This document shows positions 1 through 8,910 of a DNA stretch of 64,000 nt, in pieces. Each line of letters starts with the position of its first letter. The first letter of the stretch is position 1. Below the pieces are notes generated by a model. It saw nothing but the letters and a program-made list of their open reading frames with translations, had not been told where the DNA came from and searched no databases. A program made the position numbers and the translations under genes. The stretch lies in IMG/VR virus record IMGVR_UViG_3300010153_000001. One strand, written 5' to 3'. Source of the stretch: an uncultured virus (IMG/VR IMGVR_UViG_3300010153_000001) (Duplodnaviria > Heunggongvirae > Uroviricota > Caudoviricetes).

Positions 1-2
1 AC

Positions 3-27
3 AAAAAAAGGGACCGAAGTCCCTTTT
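3..27 (-). terminator. Intrinsic terminator
   Basis: Minus strand AAAAGGGAC-TTCG-GTCCCTTTTTTT: GC stem, UUCG tetraloop and U-tract just after ORF 48..521. Confidence 0.9.
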
Positions 28-47
28 CTTTAAGTTTTTATATATAG

Positions 48-521
48 TTATTTCATAACCTTTAAATTAGCAGCTTCCATAATTGGATCTCCTGCTGGTG
101 CTACTGGAACTTGATTTGGTAATTCCCCCTCAAGATACTCTGTATAATTGTAGCTGTCTGCATTTAAACAGAAACCATTTAAAAATGTTTCTATTTCAGC
201 TTTTTCAGCTATATAATACTCAGCATATGTTTCAATTAACCTTCTTTCTTCTCTGAAATCTTTTCCATTCTCACGTTTGGACATTTTTAATTTCATTGGA
301 TCACCATTATCATCAAGCTTTGGTAGCATATGATATGATTGTTTTGAATGTTTTGAGATCACTGCTAGTATTTTACTACTTGGATCAAAGATTGCTTCCA
401 TATAAGGACAATCTGTATTAATAGGAATTGCCTTAAATGATTTATAAGGTCCCCAATTTGATGTAACTAACATCATGCTTTTTTCTACATTAATGCTTGT
501 AGTTTTTACTTTTTTTGCCAT
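48..521 (-). CDS. Hypothetical protein
   Basis: 157-aa ORF with an upstream promoter box and a downstream terminator. Confidence 0.8.
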   Translation of the reverse strand: MAKKVKTTSINVEKSMMLVTSNWGPYKSFKAIPINTDCPYMEAIFDPSSKILAVISKHSKQSYHMLPKLDDNGDPMKLKMSKRENGKDFREERRLIETYAEYYIAEKAEIETFLNGFCLNADSYNYTEYLEGELPNQVPVAPAGDPIMEAANLKVMK

Positions 522-536
522 ATTAAATTTAATTTG

Positions 537-1187
537 TTAACGCTGCAAAGATATAACATTTTGTTTAAATAACTTCATTTCAGGAGAAATTTTATTAAAA
601 CATTCTTTTTCTAGGTTTGGTTTGTCACATAATTCATGCACATCTTCTATACAATTTAAACTAACATTTAGTATATGTGCATAATCCTCATGCCAATATG
701 TTGGATGTAAATAACTTTCAATATATTCTGCTATTGTTCCTTTTTCACCAAAGAAGTCAAGTATTTTCTCTTTAATTCTTTTTGACATCTTTGAGTATTC
801 TCCATTAATTATTCTTTTAATATCATTTTTATACTTTGAAAAATCAAATACTATTCCTACTGTATTATTTCCTAGATTTACACTATGTCTAAATAATCTA
901 TTAGTTTTTATATATTTTAACTCAAAACTCCTAAATTCATTAGGTTTTTTGGGATCTAATTTATAAATACATATAAATTGATATTCTTTTATATCATAAA
1001 TATCTTTCCAAGACATATAAGTTTCTTCAGGTACAAACTGTACCCCCTTTTTAATATTTAAAAGAGGATACAGAAATACCTTACTCTTCTGAAAATAGTC
1101 TTTATATATATTGTTCAAACTTCTTTTATTATATTGATCACTAAGTTCTTTAAAATCTTCTGGATTGAAAAATACACTAAAATCCAT
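537..1187 (-). CDS. Hypothetical protein
   Basis: 216-aa ORF in the minus-strand operon. Confidence 0.8.
   Translation of the reverse strand: MDFSVFFNPEDFKELSDQYNKRSLNNIYKDYFQKSKVFLYPLLNIKKGVQFVPEETYMSWKDIYDIKEYQFICIYKLDPKKPNEFRSFELKYIKTNRLFRHSVNLGNNTVGIVFDFSKYKNDIKRIINGEYSKMSKRIKEKILDFFGEKGTIAEYIESYLHPTYWHEDYAHILNVSLNCIEDVHELCDKPNLEKECFNKISPEMKLFKQNVISLQR
546..553 (-). promoter_or_regulatory. Bacteroidota sigmaA-type -7 promoter element
   Basis: Minus strand TATCTTTG(CAG) matches TAnnTTTG, about 25 nt upstream of the ATG at 521. Confidence 0.7.
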
Positions 1188-1191
1188 TAAA

Positions 1192-2175
1192 TCAAAGTGT
1201 TACTTTACCATTTAGGAATTCATATGGTAATTCATATTTACATTCCTTATAATGAAAGTTAACAATTTCTAATATCTTGTGCAAATTATTTGTCCATTGA
1301 TTTAATGTGTTACTACTTACGCTAAAAGCATAAGTTTGATCATATTTATCAATGACTACAAACTTAAAAGAAATTTTGTAAGTAGATGCTATTTCTTCAG
1401 GAACATTTTTTCCTACTAGAATAATATAGATTGCTGCTTGTAGCCAATATTTATAAAATTCTACAGTTTCTGGAAAATCTGTTATTGTTTTTCCTGAAGT
1501 TTTTAAATCAATTACACTAATTGTTTTTGACTCATGATCAATTACATACCTATCAACAATACCTTTTAATCCAAATTTATATTTAACAAGATCACAACTT
1601 AATGCTTTCTCATTATATACTTCTAGATTATCCATTTCAAAATCTGTTATTTCATGATTAAATAAAGGCATTATGTCTTTATTATCTTTTAACATTTGAA
1701 CACGGTTTTTACAACGGTCTAATGTGTCTTGATCTATAATGTCTTTATTACTTTCAAGTAGAAACTTAAAATATTCTTTATTCTCATCAGTCATTATTTT
1801 ATCTAACCTTTTTTGGTCATCCTTAAAAGATTGATAAAGATTTTGATTTTCTAAAGCTATTAAAATTTCAGGACCTAAATCTTCAAGATCACCAACAACA
1901 GTTTTTTTAACTTCATTTAAGACACGTCTAACAGCTTCAGACGGTGCTTTACTAGGTAATACTACAAACATACTATTAAACTCTCCTGGTTGAAGAAGAA
2001 GGGTGTGTATAACCCTTCCCTCAACTAGGTGTTTATCCATTTTAATTTCTTTTTCTTTTAAAATGTATTCTTTATAAAAGATTCTAGGTGAAAACAATAG
2101 CCTATTCATTGAAGAATAACTAAAGTTAAATTTAGAATCCATAAATTCTTTTTCTTTTTGTTTATCTATTTTCAT
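1192..2175 (-). CDS. PD-(D/E)XK exonuclease (RecB/Cas4/DUF3799-like)
   Basis: FSYSS N-terminal motif, G..IH, GIVDR...VIDLKT, YWLQAAIY. Confidence 0.8.
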   Translation of the reverse strand: MKIDKQKEKEFMDSKFNFSYSSMNRLLFSPRIFYKEYILKEKEIKMDKHLVEGRVIHTLLLQPGEFNSMFVVLPSKAPSEAVRRVLNEVKKTVVGDLEDLGPEILIALENQNLYQSFKDDQKRLDKIMTDENKEYFKFLLESNKDIIDQDTLDRCKNRVQMLKDNKDIMPLFNHEITDFEMDNLEVYNEKALSCDLVKYKFGLKGIVDRYVIDHESKTISVIDLKTSGKTITDFPETVEFYKYWLQAAIYIILVGKNVPEEIASTYKISFKFVVIDKYDQTYAFSVSSNTLNQWTNNLHKILEIVNFHYKECKYELPYEFLNGKVTL

Positions 2176-2177
2176 AA

Positions 2178-3374
2178 TTAAAATGGTAAATCATCAGTGA
2201 TAGCTGCTTTAATAGTTTCTTCCATTAGTACTTCACCAATGTTTCTATCAATACATTTATCAGCATATTCTTTTTTTAATTTTAAATCAGTTCTTTTAAA
2301 TTCAAATACTGAAGCTGTTTTTATACCAAAAGAATCTCTTATAACTTCATCATATACAGTATCTAATATAGATTCCATTACAAAAGTTGTTAATCCTTTT
2401 TCATCTTTAACCAATTGTGTTATAAATTGATCATAAGGAGAAGTATGATGCCTTGACCATGTTAAACTAAATTTCTCAAATCTTTGTCTTACAGTTTTAA
2501 AATTTACATGATTCCAAGATTTTGCTCTTTTAAATTTGTCTTCACAAAATCTAAAGAACAATAAAGCTATAAACCCTCTTGACTCATCAACATTACAATT
2601 AGCTATCATTTCCATACCTAAAACATGATTTTCAGAATCTTCATTTTTAAACATATTACATAATTGATCAAATACTTCTCTATTAATAATTAATGAATCT
2701 TCAGTTGCCATTGCACTTAATACATTATCCATTACTAATTTATCTTGATTAGTTTTTAAGTAATCCCAATTAACTTTATTGATTTCACTTATATATGTAT
2801 GGTATCCTCTAGATCCTTGTAATTTATCTACATCTTTATCAAACTTTTTTGCTTTAGTCAGTTTTCTATTATGATAATAAATATGAGGTACGTCTAAACT
2901 GTAATATATATTACCATTATAATGATCAAGATTTGATTTTATATCACTTTCTAGTTTTTCATACTCTTCTGAATCAAACGCAGATTTATTCATTTGTATA
3001 ACACTTAATATTTCAGCAGCATTATATAGTTTTTCCCACATGTTTTCAGTTAACATACTTATATACTTTTCACTAATTATTATATGATCTGCTTGTCTTA
3101 TATCTCTAATAACTCTAGTATCATACTTTTCATTAATAACATTCATTTTATCTCTTGGTAATGCTAATTTTGCACATCTATAAAATGTTCTTCCAGTAAT
3201 ATTAGTTAATATATTAGATTTAGCTTTCTCTATTACTTCGTTTTCAGATTGTGCATTTCTTTGATTCCATTGATCAGAACTTCCTAAATAATATCCTGAT
3301 GTACCTAAAGTTATATTACAGAATTTATCTTTCTTTTCATCTAATTTTATTGTTATAAATTTAATTTTATCCAT
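2178..3374 (-). CDS. Hypothetical protein, apparent paralogue of 3367..4449, ending in DDLPF
   Basis: Shares VxxDxxQAD and helical DxENxxL motifs with the neighbouring ORF. Confidence 0.75.
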   Translation of the reverse strand: MDKIKFITIKLDEKKDKFCNITLGTSGYYLGSSDQWNQRNAQSENEVIEKAKSNILTNITGRTFYRCAKLALPRDKMNVINEKYDTRVIRDIRQADHIIISEKYISMLTENMWEKLYNAAEILSVIQMNKSAFDSEEYEKLESDIKSNLDHYNGNIYYSLDVPHIYYHNRKLTKAKKFDKDVDKLQGSRGYHTYISEINKVNWDYLKTNQDKLVMDNVLSAMATEDSLIINREVFDQLCNMFKNEDSENHVLGMEMIANCNVDESRGFIALLFFRFCEDKFKRAKSWNHVNFKTVRQRFEKFSLTWSRHHTSPYDQFITQLVKDEKGLTTFVMESILDTVYDEVIRDSFGIKTASVFEFKRTDLKLKKEYADKCIDRNIGEVLMEETIKAAITDDLPF

Positions 3375-4449
3375 TTGTTTTATTTTTTAAATATTGTTTA
3401 TACTCAGGTTTTAATTCAACTCTAAAAGTATATAAATCTCTATTTTCTATTCTTATTTCTTTTCTAACAATAGATTCTAGATATTTAAATGTTTTAGATT
3501 CAAGGATTTCTTTACCTTCTAAGTAATTTATCATGTCTAAAGCACTTCTATTATAATGATCTTCTATTTGTGATACTCCTATCCAAAATTGAACATCTTT
3601 ATTTCTAGAACTACAACGATATAGACTACCACCTATATCTTGTGCTAATTGCCATAATAAATGATAATTTTCTTTATACTTTATAGTTGGTAATATTGCA
3701 GCAACCATGTTTGTATCTTCATCTGAATAACTCCCTGATAAAGATTTTAAATCTTCTATTAGTTGTTCAGTTATTTCAACTTTAGTTGCGGATTGATTCA
3801 TTACTTTTTCAATAGACCATACTTCAGCTTCACCTTTTTCAACTTTATATGCACAGTTTACTGCCATTCCAGTTAATAACCAAGAATCTGAAGGCATTGA
3901 ATGTGTTTCATAATCATCAGTATAACGATTCACCCAACCATCTATTTTTTCATCTACAATTACTCTTGCCAATTCACCACTTCTCATATTATTAGAATCA
4001 TGTGTATAGTTTGTAATTTCTTCACCACCACCTTCAACAGCATCATAATTCCACAATTTAGGCATCATAGTTCTAGAATTGATTGTCTCACCACTTTCAA
4101 AGTCTCTATCAATATAATCATGAGTTAAATATAAATCAGCTTGTTCATAATCATTTGTTACTGTAACTTTATGTTCCTTGAGTGCAGCTTTAATTCTATC
4201 TTGAGATAAATTTGCATTAGGAAATATAAAAGCTTTTTTTAATTTATCTAAGTCAGGAGCTAATGTGTCATCACTATGATCACTTAGTATCCTTAATATT
4301 TTATTATAAGTATATGTTGATTCATCAGCATATACAGTTACTATATCTCCACTAGTAGCACTGACCATGATCCCATAAGGATCACAGTCAATACCAAAGT
4401 GTTCAATAGCATCTTCAAGATGTGGTTGATTTACTTCTTTTGTTGCCAT
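3367..4449 (-). CDS. Hypothetical protein, apparent paralogue of 2178..3374
   Basis: 360-aa ORF coupled to the AAA gene; VTNDYEQADLYL motif. Confidence 0.75.
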   Translation of the reverse strand: MATKEVNQPHLEDAIEHFGIDCDPYGIMVSATSGDIVTVYADESTYTYNKILRILSDHSDDTLAPDLDKLKKAFIFPNANLSQDRIKAALKEHKVTVTNDYEQADLYLTHDYIDRDFESGETINSRTMMPKLWNYDAVEGGGEEITNYTHDSNNMRSGELARVIVDEKIDGWVNRYTDDYETHSMPSDSWLLTGMAVNCAYKVEKGEAEVWSIEKVMNQSATKVEITEQLIEDLKSLSGSYSDEDTNMVAAILPTIKYKENYHLLWQLAQDIGGSLYRCSSRNKDVQFWIGVSQIEDHYNRSALDMINYLEGKEILESKTFKYLESIVRKEIRIENRDLYTFRVELKPEYKQYLKNKTNG

Positions 4450-5711
4450 TATTTTACAGTCATTTTCATGATGTCTGGATTCATCATGAGTTTATTAAAC
4501 TTTTGCTTATTACCGTTAAAGATTGTTCTAATAACTAAATACTTAAGATCATTAGTAAAATATTTCTTAGTACATAGTGCAATTAATCTATCAGTAATTT
4601 TTTGTGATACAGTTTTTTCTTTTGAATATACCACGGCATAATTAGCTAATCTTGTAGCTAATGTAGAAGCAATGTCTGCTCTATAAGCATCTCCTGTTCC
4701 AACACAACTACCAAGCTCACCTAAAATATATTGTTCATTATCATGAGTCAATAAATCTTTTGGTGTTACAAGTTTATCTAGCTTATTATTAATAAATGTA
4801 GTGAACATAGATGCAAACTCATCTCCTACACTCCCTTCACCAATCATTTGTATATAAGAAAGGTTATCTTCAAAATTATCAAAACTTGATATTGCATTAA
4901 AGAATGTAGTTATAGATCTTGCATTAGTTTCTTGCGTTACTAATTCAGGATGCATTAATAAGAAGTTAATACATCTAGTGTCAATACCTTCTTCTTCAGC
5001 CCACCGTGCCCATACATCTACATCAAACTTTAAGTTAGCTGTAATGTATCTTGTTTTTTGTGCTGAGTCAATAGAATTAACCATATAATCTCCATTATCT
5101 GGATTTGAAGTTAAAATTATATGCCAATCTTGAGGTAAACTCCAAGAAATATATTGCTGACGGTCAACTAATTCCATAACTGCTTGAATAAATCTCATAT
5201 CTGCACGATTCCAGTCATCAAGAAGAAGAATCCCTCCCTCTTTTTTATCTGCAATCCACTCAGGAGCACAATAAGACATTCTGTTTTTACCTGTAACTTT
5301 CCAACCTTGTCTTAAATATTCCTCAACTGCAAGTTCATCAACCCATTGACCAACTTTCTTAGTCATAGTTGCATTACCAACTTGTGCCGCTGCTGCTGCT
5401 TTTTGTGCTGCTGTATAATTAAGATCATCAATTTTTTTAGCTACTTGTTTTTCTTTATACATTTGAAATTGTCTAACAGGAAATCCTACTAGATCACCTA
5501 ACTCTTCAATTTGTGCTAAGTTTAATTTAACAAAATTCAATTTATTCTCTTTAGCTAATTGTACAACAGCTGTAGTTTTACCAATACCTGATTCACCCAC
5601 AATTTCTATTGCAACTGGTTTTTTACCATTCTCTTGTAGAAATCTATTATTTTTGATAATGTGGTTTGTGAAGTTTTTTACTTCATCAATGTTTAAATTT
5701 ACTTGTGCCAT
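4449..5711 (-). CDS. MoxR-like AAA+ ATPase
   Basis: Walker A GESGIGKT, Walker B ILLLDDWNRA, DLVGFP, TSNP sensor; adjacent to a VWA gene. Confidence 0.85.
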   Translation of the reverse strand: MAQVNLNIDEVKNFTNHIIKNNRFLQENGKKPVAIEIVGESGIGKTTAVVQLAKENKLNFVKLNLAQIEELGDLVGFPVRQFQMYKEKQVAKKIDDLNYTAAQKAAAAAQVGNATMTKKVGQWVDELAVEEYLRQGWKVTGKNRMSYCAPEWIADKKEGGILLLDDWNRADMRFIQAVMELVDRQQYISWSLPQDWHIILTSNPDNGDYMVNSIDSAQKTRYITANLKFDVDVWARWAEEEGIDTRCINFLLMHPELVTQETNARSITTFFNAISSFDNFEDNLSYIQMIGEGSVGDEFASMFTTFINNKLDKLVTPKDLLTHDNEQYILGELGSCVGTGDAYRADIASTLATRLANYAVVYSKEKTVSQKITDRLIALCTKKYFTNDLKYLVIRTIFNGNKQKFNKLMMNPDIMKMTVK

Positions 5712-5731
5712 CTTTTTTCTTTTTTTTAATT

Positions 5732-6898
5732 TTAATTTAATTGAATTTTTTGTCCTGGTAAATCCTCATTTATCTGACATTGTGTACTATGCACCCATAA
5801 TGCATTTCTTGGGCAATCTTCTGGTGGATAACATTCACCATCTGTTAAATATATTAAAGCGGTATATTTTCCTACCTCATTATAATGATCTATAACTGGT
5901 TGAAATTCTGTACCACCTCTCCCTTTTATATCCCAATCTTTCTTTGGGTTGAATTCTTCTACTGAATTAATTTGTGTGTCACATTGAACAACTGTAATCT
6001 TGTGCCCAGTCTTATGCATGTGTGTAAGCTCATTCATAAATTCTTTAAGTTCATCATTAGATACAGATCCACTTGTGTCAACACCAACACAGATATGATT
6101 TTTAAACTTAATTTTAAGACCTGGGTTTCCAGCATATCTTTTATTAAATTTACGTCTCAATTTTTTTGTGTAAGAAATAGTAGAATTACCAATAAATCTT
6201 TTTAAATAAGCTTTCCAATTAAATGAGGGTGGTTCAAGATTTGTTAATCTTTCTATTATTCCCGCTAACTCACCTGGTATAGTACCACGTCTTTTTTCAG
6301 TTTGATCTGCAGTTTCTTTTAATTGATGCTCAATTTGTTTTTGAACTAATTTTTTATCTGCTTCAGATAAATCATCAAATTCTTTCCATGTACCATGATC
6401 ATATGGACTATCACCATCCATTATAGATAATACATTATTTAATGCTTCACATGTACCATCTTCACAAGCTTGATGTAATAAATCATAATAAACTTTAGTT
6501 CCAGCTTTCTCAGGAAGTTTTAATTCTTCAAATGTTTCTAAAGTTAAACCTCCATCTGGAAGATATTCTTGATCTATATATTGATTAATCTCTATGTCTG
6601 CAGCTATATTGAATAGTTTAAAATTTTCAAATCTATCTTTCATTACCATATGTCCAAAAGACACATGTAATAATTCATGCTTTAATAACCCAATTTGATG
6701 CTTATCAGGAAGATTCATGAAAAATTCTGGATTAACTGAAAGTTGTACACCTATTCCTTTTGGACTAACACCTGCTGTAGGCACATCCTTTCTAAAGACT
6801 TTATTAAGTCCAATTAAAAAGAGCCCATAAAAGGGCTCAGTTAATATTAATGTTTTACTTGCTCTTGCAAGTTTGTCTTGTACAATTTGATTACTCAT
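5732..6898 (-). CDS. HExxH metallopeptidase-like plus VWA domain protein (DUF2201-like)
   Basis: HELLH, FNIAADIEIN, MIDAS VGVDTSGS, GRGGTEF, YLTDG. Confidence 0.85.
   Translation of the reverse strand: MSNQIVQDKLARASKTLILTEPFYGLFLIGLNKVFRKDVPTAGVSPKGIGVQLSVNPEFFMNLPDKHQIGLLKHELLHVSFGHMVMKDRFENFKLFNIAADIEINQYIDQEYLPDGGLTLETFEELKLPEKAGTKVYYDLLHQACEDGTCEALNNVLSIMDGDSPYDHGTWKEFDDLSEADKKLVQKQIEHQLKETADQTEKRRGTIPGELAGIIERLTNLEPPSFNWKAYLKRFIGNSTISYTKKLRRKFNKRYAGNPGLKIKFKNHICVGVDTSGSVSNDELKEFMNELTHMHKTGHKITVVQCDTQINSVEEFNPKKDWDIKGRGGTEFQPVIDHYNEVGKYTALIYLTDGECYPPEDCPRNALWVHSTQCQINEDLPGQKIQLN
6816..6838 (-). terminator. Possible intragenic terminator/attenuator
   Basis: Minus strand GAGCCC-TTTTAT-GGGCTC-TTTTT about 60 nt inside the VWA gene. 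Confidence 0.4.
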
Positions 6899-7301
6899 AA
6901 TTTAATTCTATTTCTATGTTTTTTACTATGTTATGAAAATTATCATATAATAAATGATCTTTAACTAATTTTATAATTGATTCTTCTAAGAGTCTCTTTT
7001 CAAGTTCTCCTTGACCATACATATCAAGATGTTTTTTAATTAATGGATATAATTCTTCCCATTCCATTTTATTACCATCTGCTAAAAATCTATTTTTAAA
7101 TCTTTTATCATTCATTAATGTATATCTACCATGATGATATAATGATTTTGCTAATAAAGTCATAAGTACATCACTAGTTTTCATATTAGACAATGTTTCT
7201 AAAGCTACTTCTCTATCTTCTTCAGTCTCACTTGATAACATATCTTTTATTCTATGAAATGAATCATAAGTTAATTTTACTGTTTTTCTTTTTTTTGCCA
7301 T
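6891..7301 (-). CDS. Hypothetical protein sharing a helical motif with 2178..3374 and 3367..4449
   Basis: LTYDSFHRIKDMLSSETEEDREVALETLSN. Confidence 0.7.
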   Translation of the reverse strand: MAKKRKTVKLTYDSFHRIKDMLSSETEEDREVALETLSNMKTSDVLMTLLAKSLYHHGRYTLMNDKRFKNRFLADGNKMEWEELYPLIKKHLDMYGQGELEKRLLEESIIKLVKDHLLYDNFHNIVKNIEIELNYE

Positions 7302-7649
7302 CTAATCTTCTATTTTAATTGTTTTTATCATCCACATAGGTGGTTTTTTTGCAGTTATTGCTTGTAACCATTCCTTTGCTGTAGGAATATGATTATTACA
7401 ATCTTCTTTAACATGTTGTTCAGCAACATATCTTGTATATACGGTTTTACCGTCTGAATTTTTAAATGATTTACCAAATTTTGCTTCACATTCAAAAATT
7501 CCTTCACTATGATGTCTCCATAATCTATGAGCAGAATTACCTAACCATGCTTTAGTTTCATCAAACCAAGTATGTATATGAATATAATCTTCAACTTCTC
7601 CTCCCCATTTCCTTACTGAAGATTTACTATGTAATAACGGGTGGGCCAT
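7302..7649 (-). CDS. DUF6915-like His-rich protein
   Basis: MAHPLLHSKSSVRKWGG...IHTWFDETK...HRLWRHHSEGIF...EQHVKED. Confidence 0.7.
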   Translation of the reverse strand: MAHPLLHSKSSVRKWGGEVEDYIHIHTWFDETKAWLGNSAHRLWRHHSEGIFECEAKFGKSFKNSDGKTVYTRYVAEQHVKEDCNNHIPTAKEWLQAITAKKPPMWMIKTIKIED

Positions 7650-7989
7650 CTATTTTATCTTCATAGTTAAAGTTTTCTTGAAAATTTTGATAATGATCTA
7701 CTTCAAATTTTAGATCAGTTAAATGAAATGTTGCTGTACCACTACCTCCTGAATTATTAACCCAATCATATTCTATATTTTCATTTAATAATTCATAAAA
7801 ATAATCATCTAATCCATCTATAGCTTTTTGTATTTGATCTGACTTAATAAAATCATCATTAAAATCCAATGCTTCTATATCATCTATACAACCATCATCA
7901 CCTCCTCCTGAATAACCTATTTGTATCTTGTAAACATTAGAATCTCTAAGAGCTGCTATTAGCATCCTTTCTTTTATTTTTAGACTCAT
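7627..7989 (-). CDS. DUF6878-like acidic protein
   Basis: YSGGGDDGCIDDI...DWVNNSGGSG. Confidence 0.6.
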   Translation of the reverse strand: MSLKIKERMLIAALRDSNVYKIQIGYSGGGDDGCIDDIEALDFNDDFIKSDQIQKAIDGLDDYFYELLNENIEYDWVNNSGGSGTATFHLTDLKFEVDHYQNFQENFNYEDKIDGPPVIT

Positions 7990-8365
7990 AATTTTCTTCT
8001 ATTTTAATTAATACTCCTGGATTTATTTTATCATAATTATAATCTTCTATTACTGGTATAATAAAAGTTGCATTATCATCTTCAATCCATCCATGTTTAA
8101 CCATTTCATCCTGTACAGTTTGTAAAGGATTAACATGATCAAATTTATGACGTGAACCACGTGTAAATTTAAAAGATACATATACTGGTGATTCATATTT
8201 AGCAAATTCTTTTGCAAAAGAAGCTGCATGCTTCTTATAAATACTATCTGTATCTTTTCTATACTTCATAGTAGTTTTACTAGCTATAAAGAATTTACCT
8301 GTCCATCTTCTACTATTTTTTGAACTAGGAACATTTCCTGGAATAAACCATTTCATATTTTCCAT
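7946..8365 (-). CDS. RusA-like Holliday junction resolvase
   Basis: IPGNVPSSKNS...FDHVN...QDEM...GWIEDDN acidic pattern. Confidence 0.6.
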   Translation of the reverse strand: MENMKWFIPGNVPSSKNSRRWTGKFFIASKTTMKYRKDTDSIYKKHAASFAKEFAKYESPVYVSFKFTRGSRHKFDHVNPLQTVQDEMVKHGWIEDDNATFIIPVIEDYNYDKINPGVLIKIEENYESKNKRKDANSSS

Positions 8366-8910
8366 AATTTAATATTACATACTATAGCACTACGATCTTT
8401 ACAATTGTTAAATTCAACCTTATGTCTATCTGTAGATAAAAATATTATACATTCTCCAGCTTTTACATTATAAGTTTTGTCTTTAATTGTAATTGGTGCA
8501 GATCCATTAGGTGTATTTAAGTAATAAGCACAACTTAATGAATATGGAAAGTGATTATGTTCTATAACTCCTTGGTTTTCATTATATATTATTCCCCAAG
8601 ATTCAGCAATTTCAAAAGCAAATTCTTGACCATTAATTATTAATGATTTTTTATTATTGCTTTTTATAGGATCACTTTTAGGATAACAATATTCAACATA
8701 TGCTTTATTAATCACACTATAAATATATTGATTATATTTTTTTATTAAAGGATGATCAATTTTATTAAAATCATATGGAGTCATATAAGCTCCATTATAA
8801 TGTTTTGTTCCTGCAACAGGTTCTGAATATAAATTATTTTTTACTAAATGATGTAAAATAATCATTTCTTTTTCTGTTATAGAATCACATTTATATATTA
8901 AAGGGTTCAT
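8353..8910 (-). CDS. Putative 2OG-Fe(II) oxygenase
   Basis: SWG, HNH, SCAYY, distal HKV, RSAIVCN double-stranded beta-helix pattern. Confidence 0.7.
   Translation of the reverse strand: MNPLIYKCDSITEKEMIILHHLVKNNLYSEPVAGTKHYNGAYMTPYDFNKIDHPLIKKYNQYIYSVINKAYVEYCYPKSDPIKSNNKKSLIINGQEFAFEIAESWGIIYNENQGVIEHNHFPYSLSCAYYLNTPNGSAPITIKDKTYNVKAGECIIFLSTDRHKVEFNNCKDRSAIVCNIKLWKI

Noticed and set aside
1192..2175. Cas4/CRISPR adaptation gene
   Set aside because: No four-Cys Fe-S motif and no cas genes or array; an ordinary phage PD-(D/E)XK nuclease.
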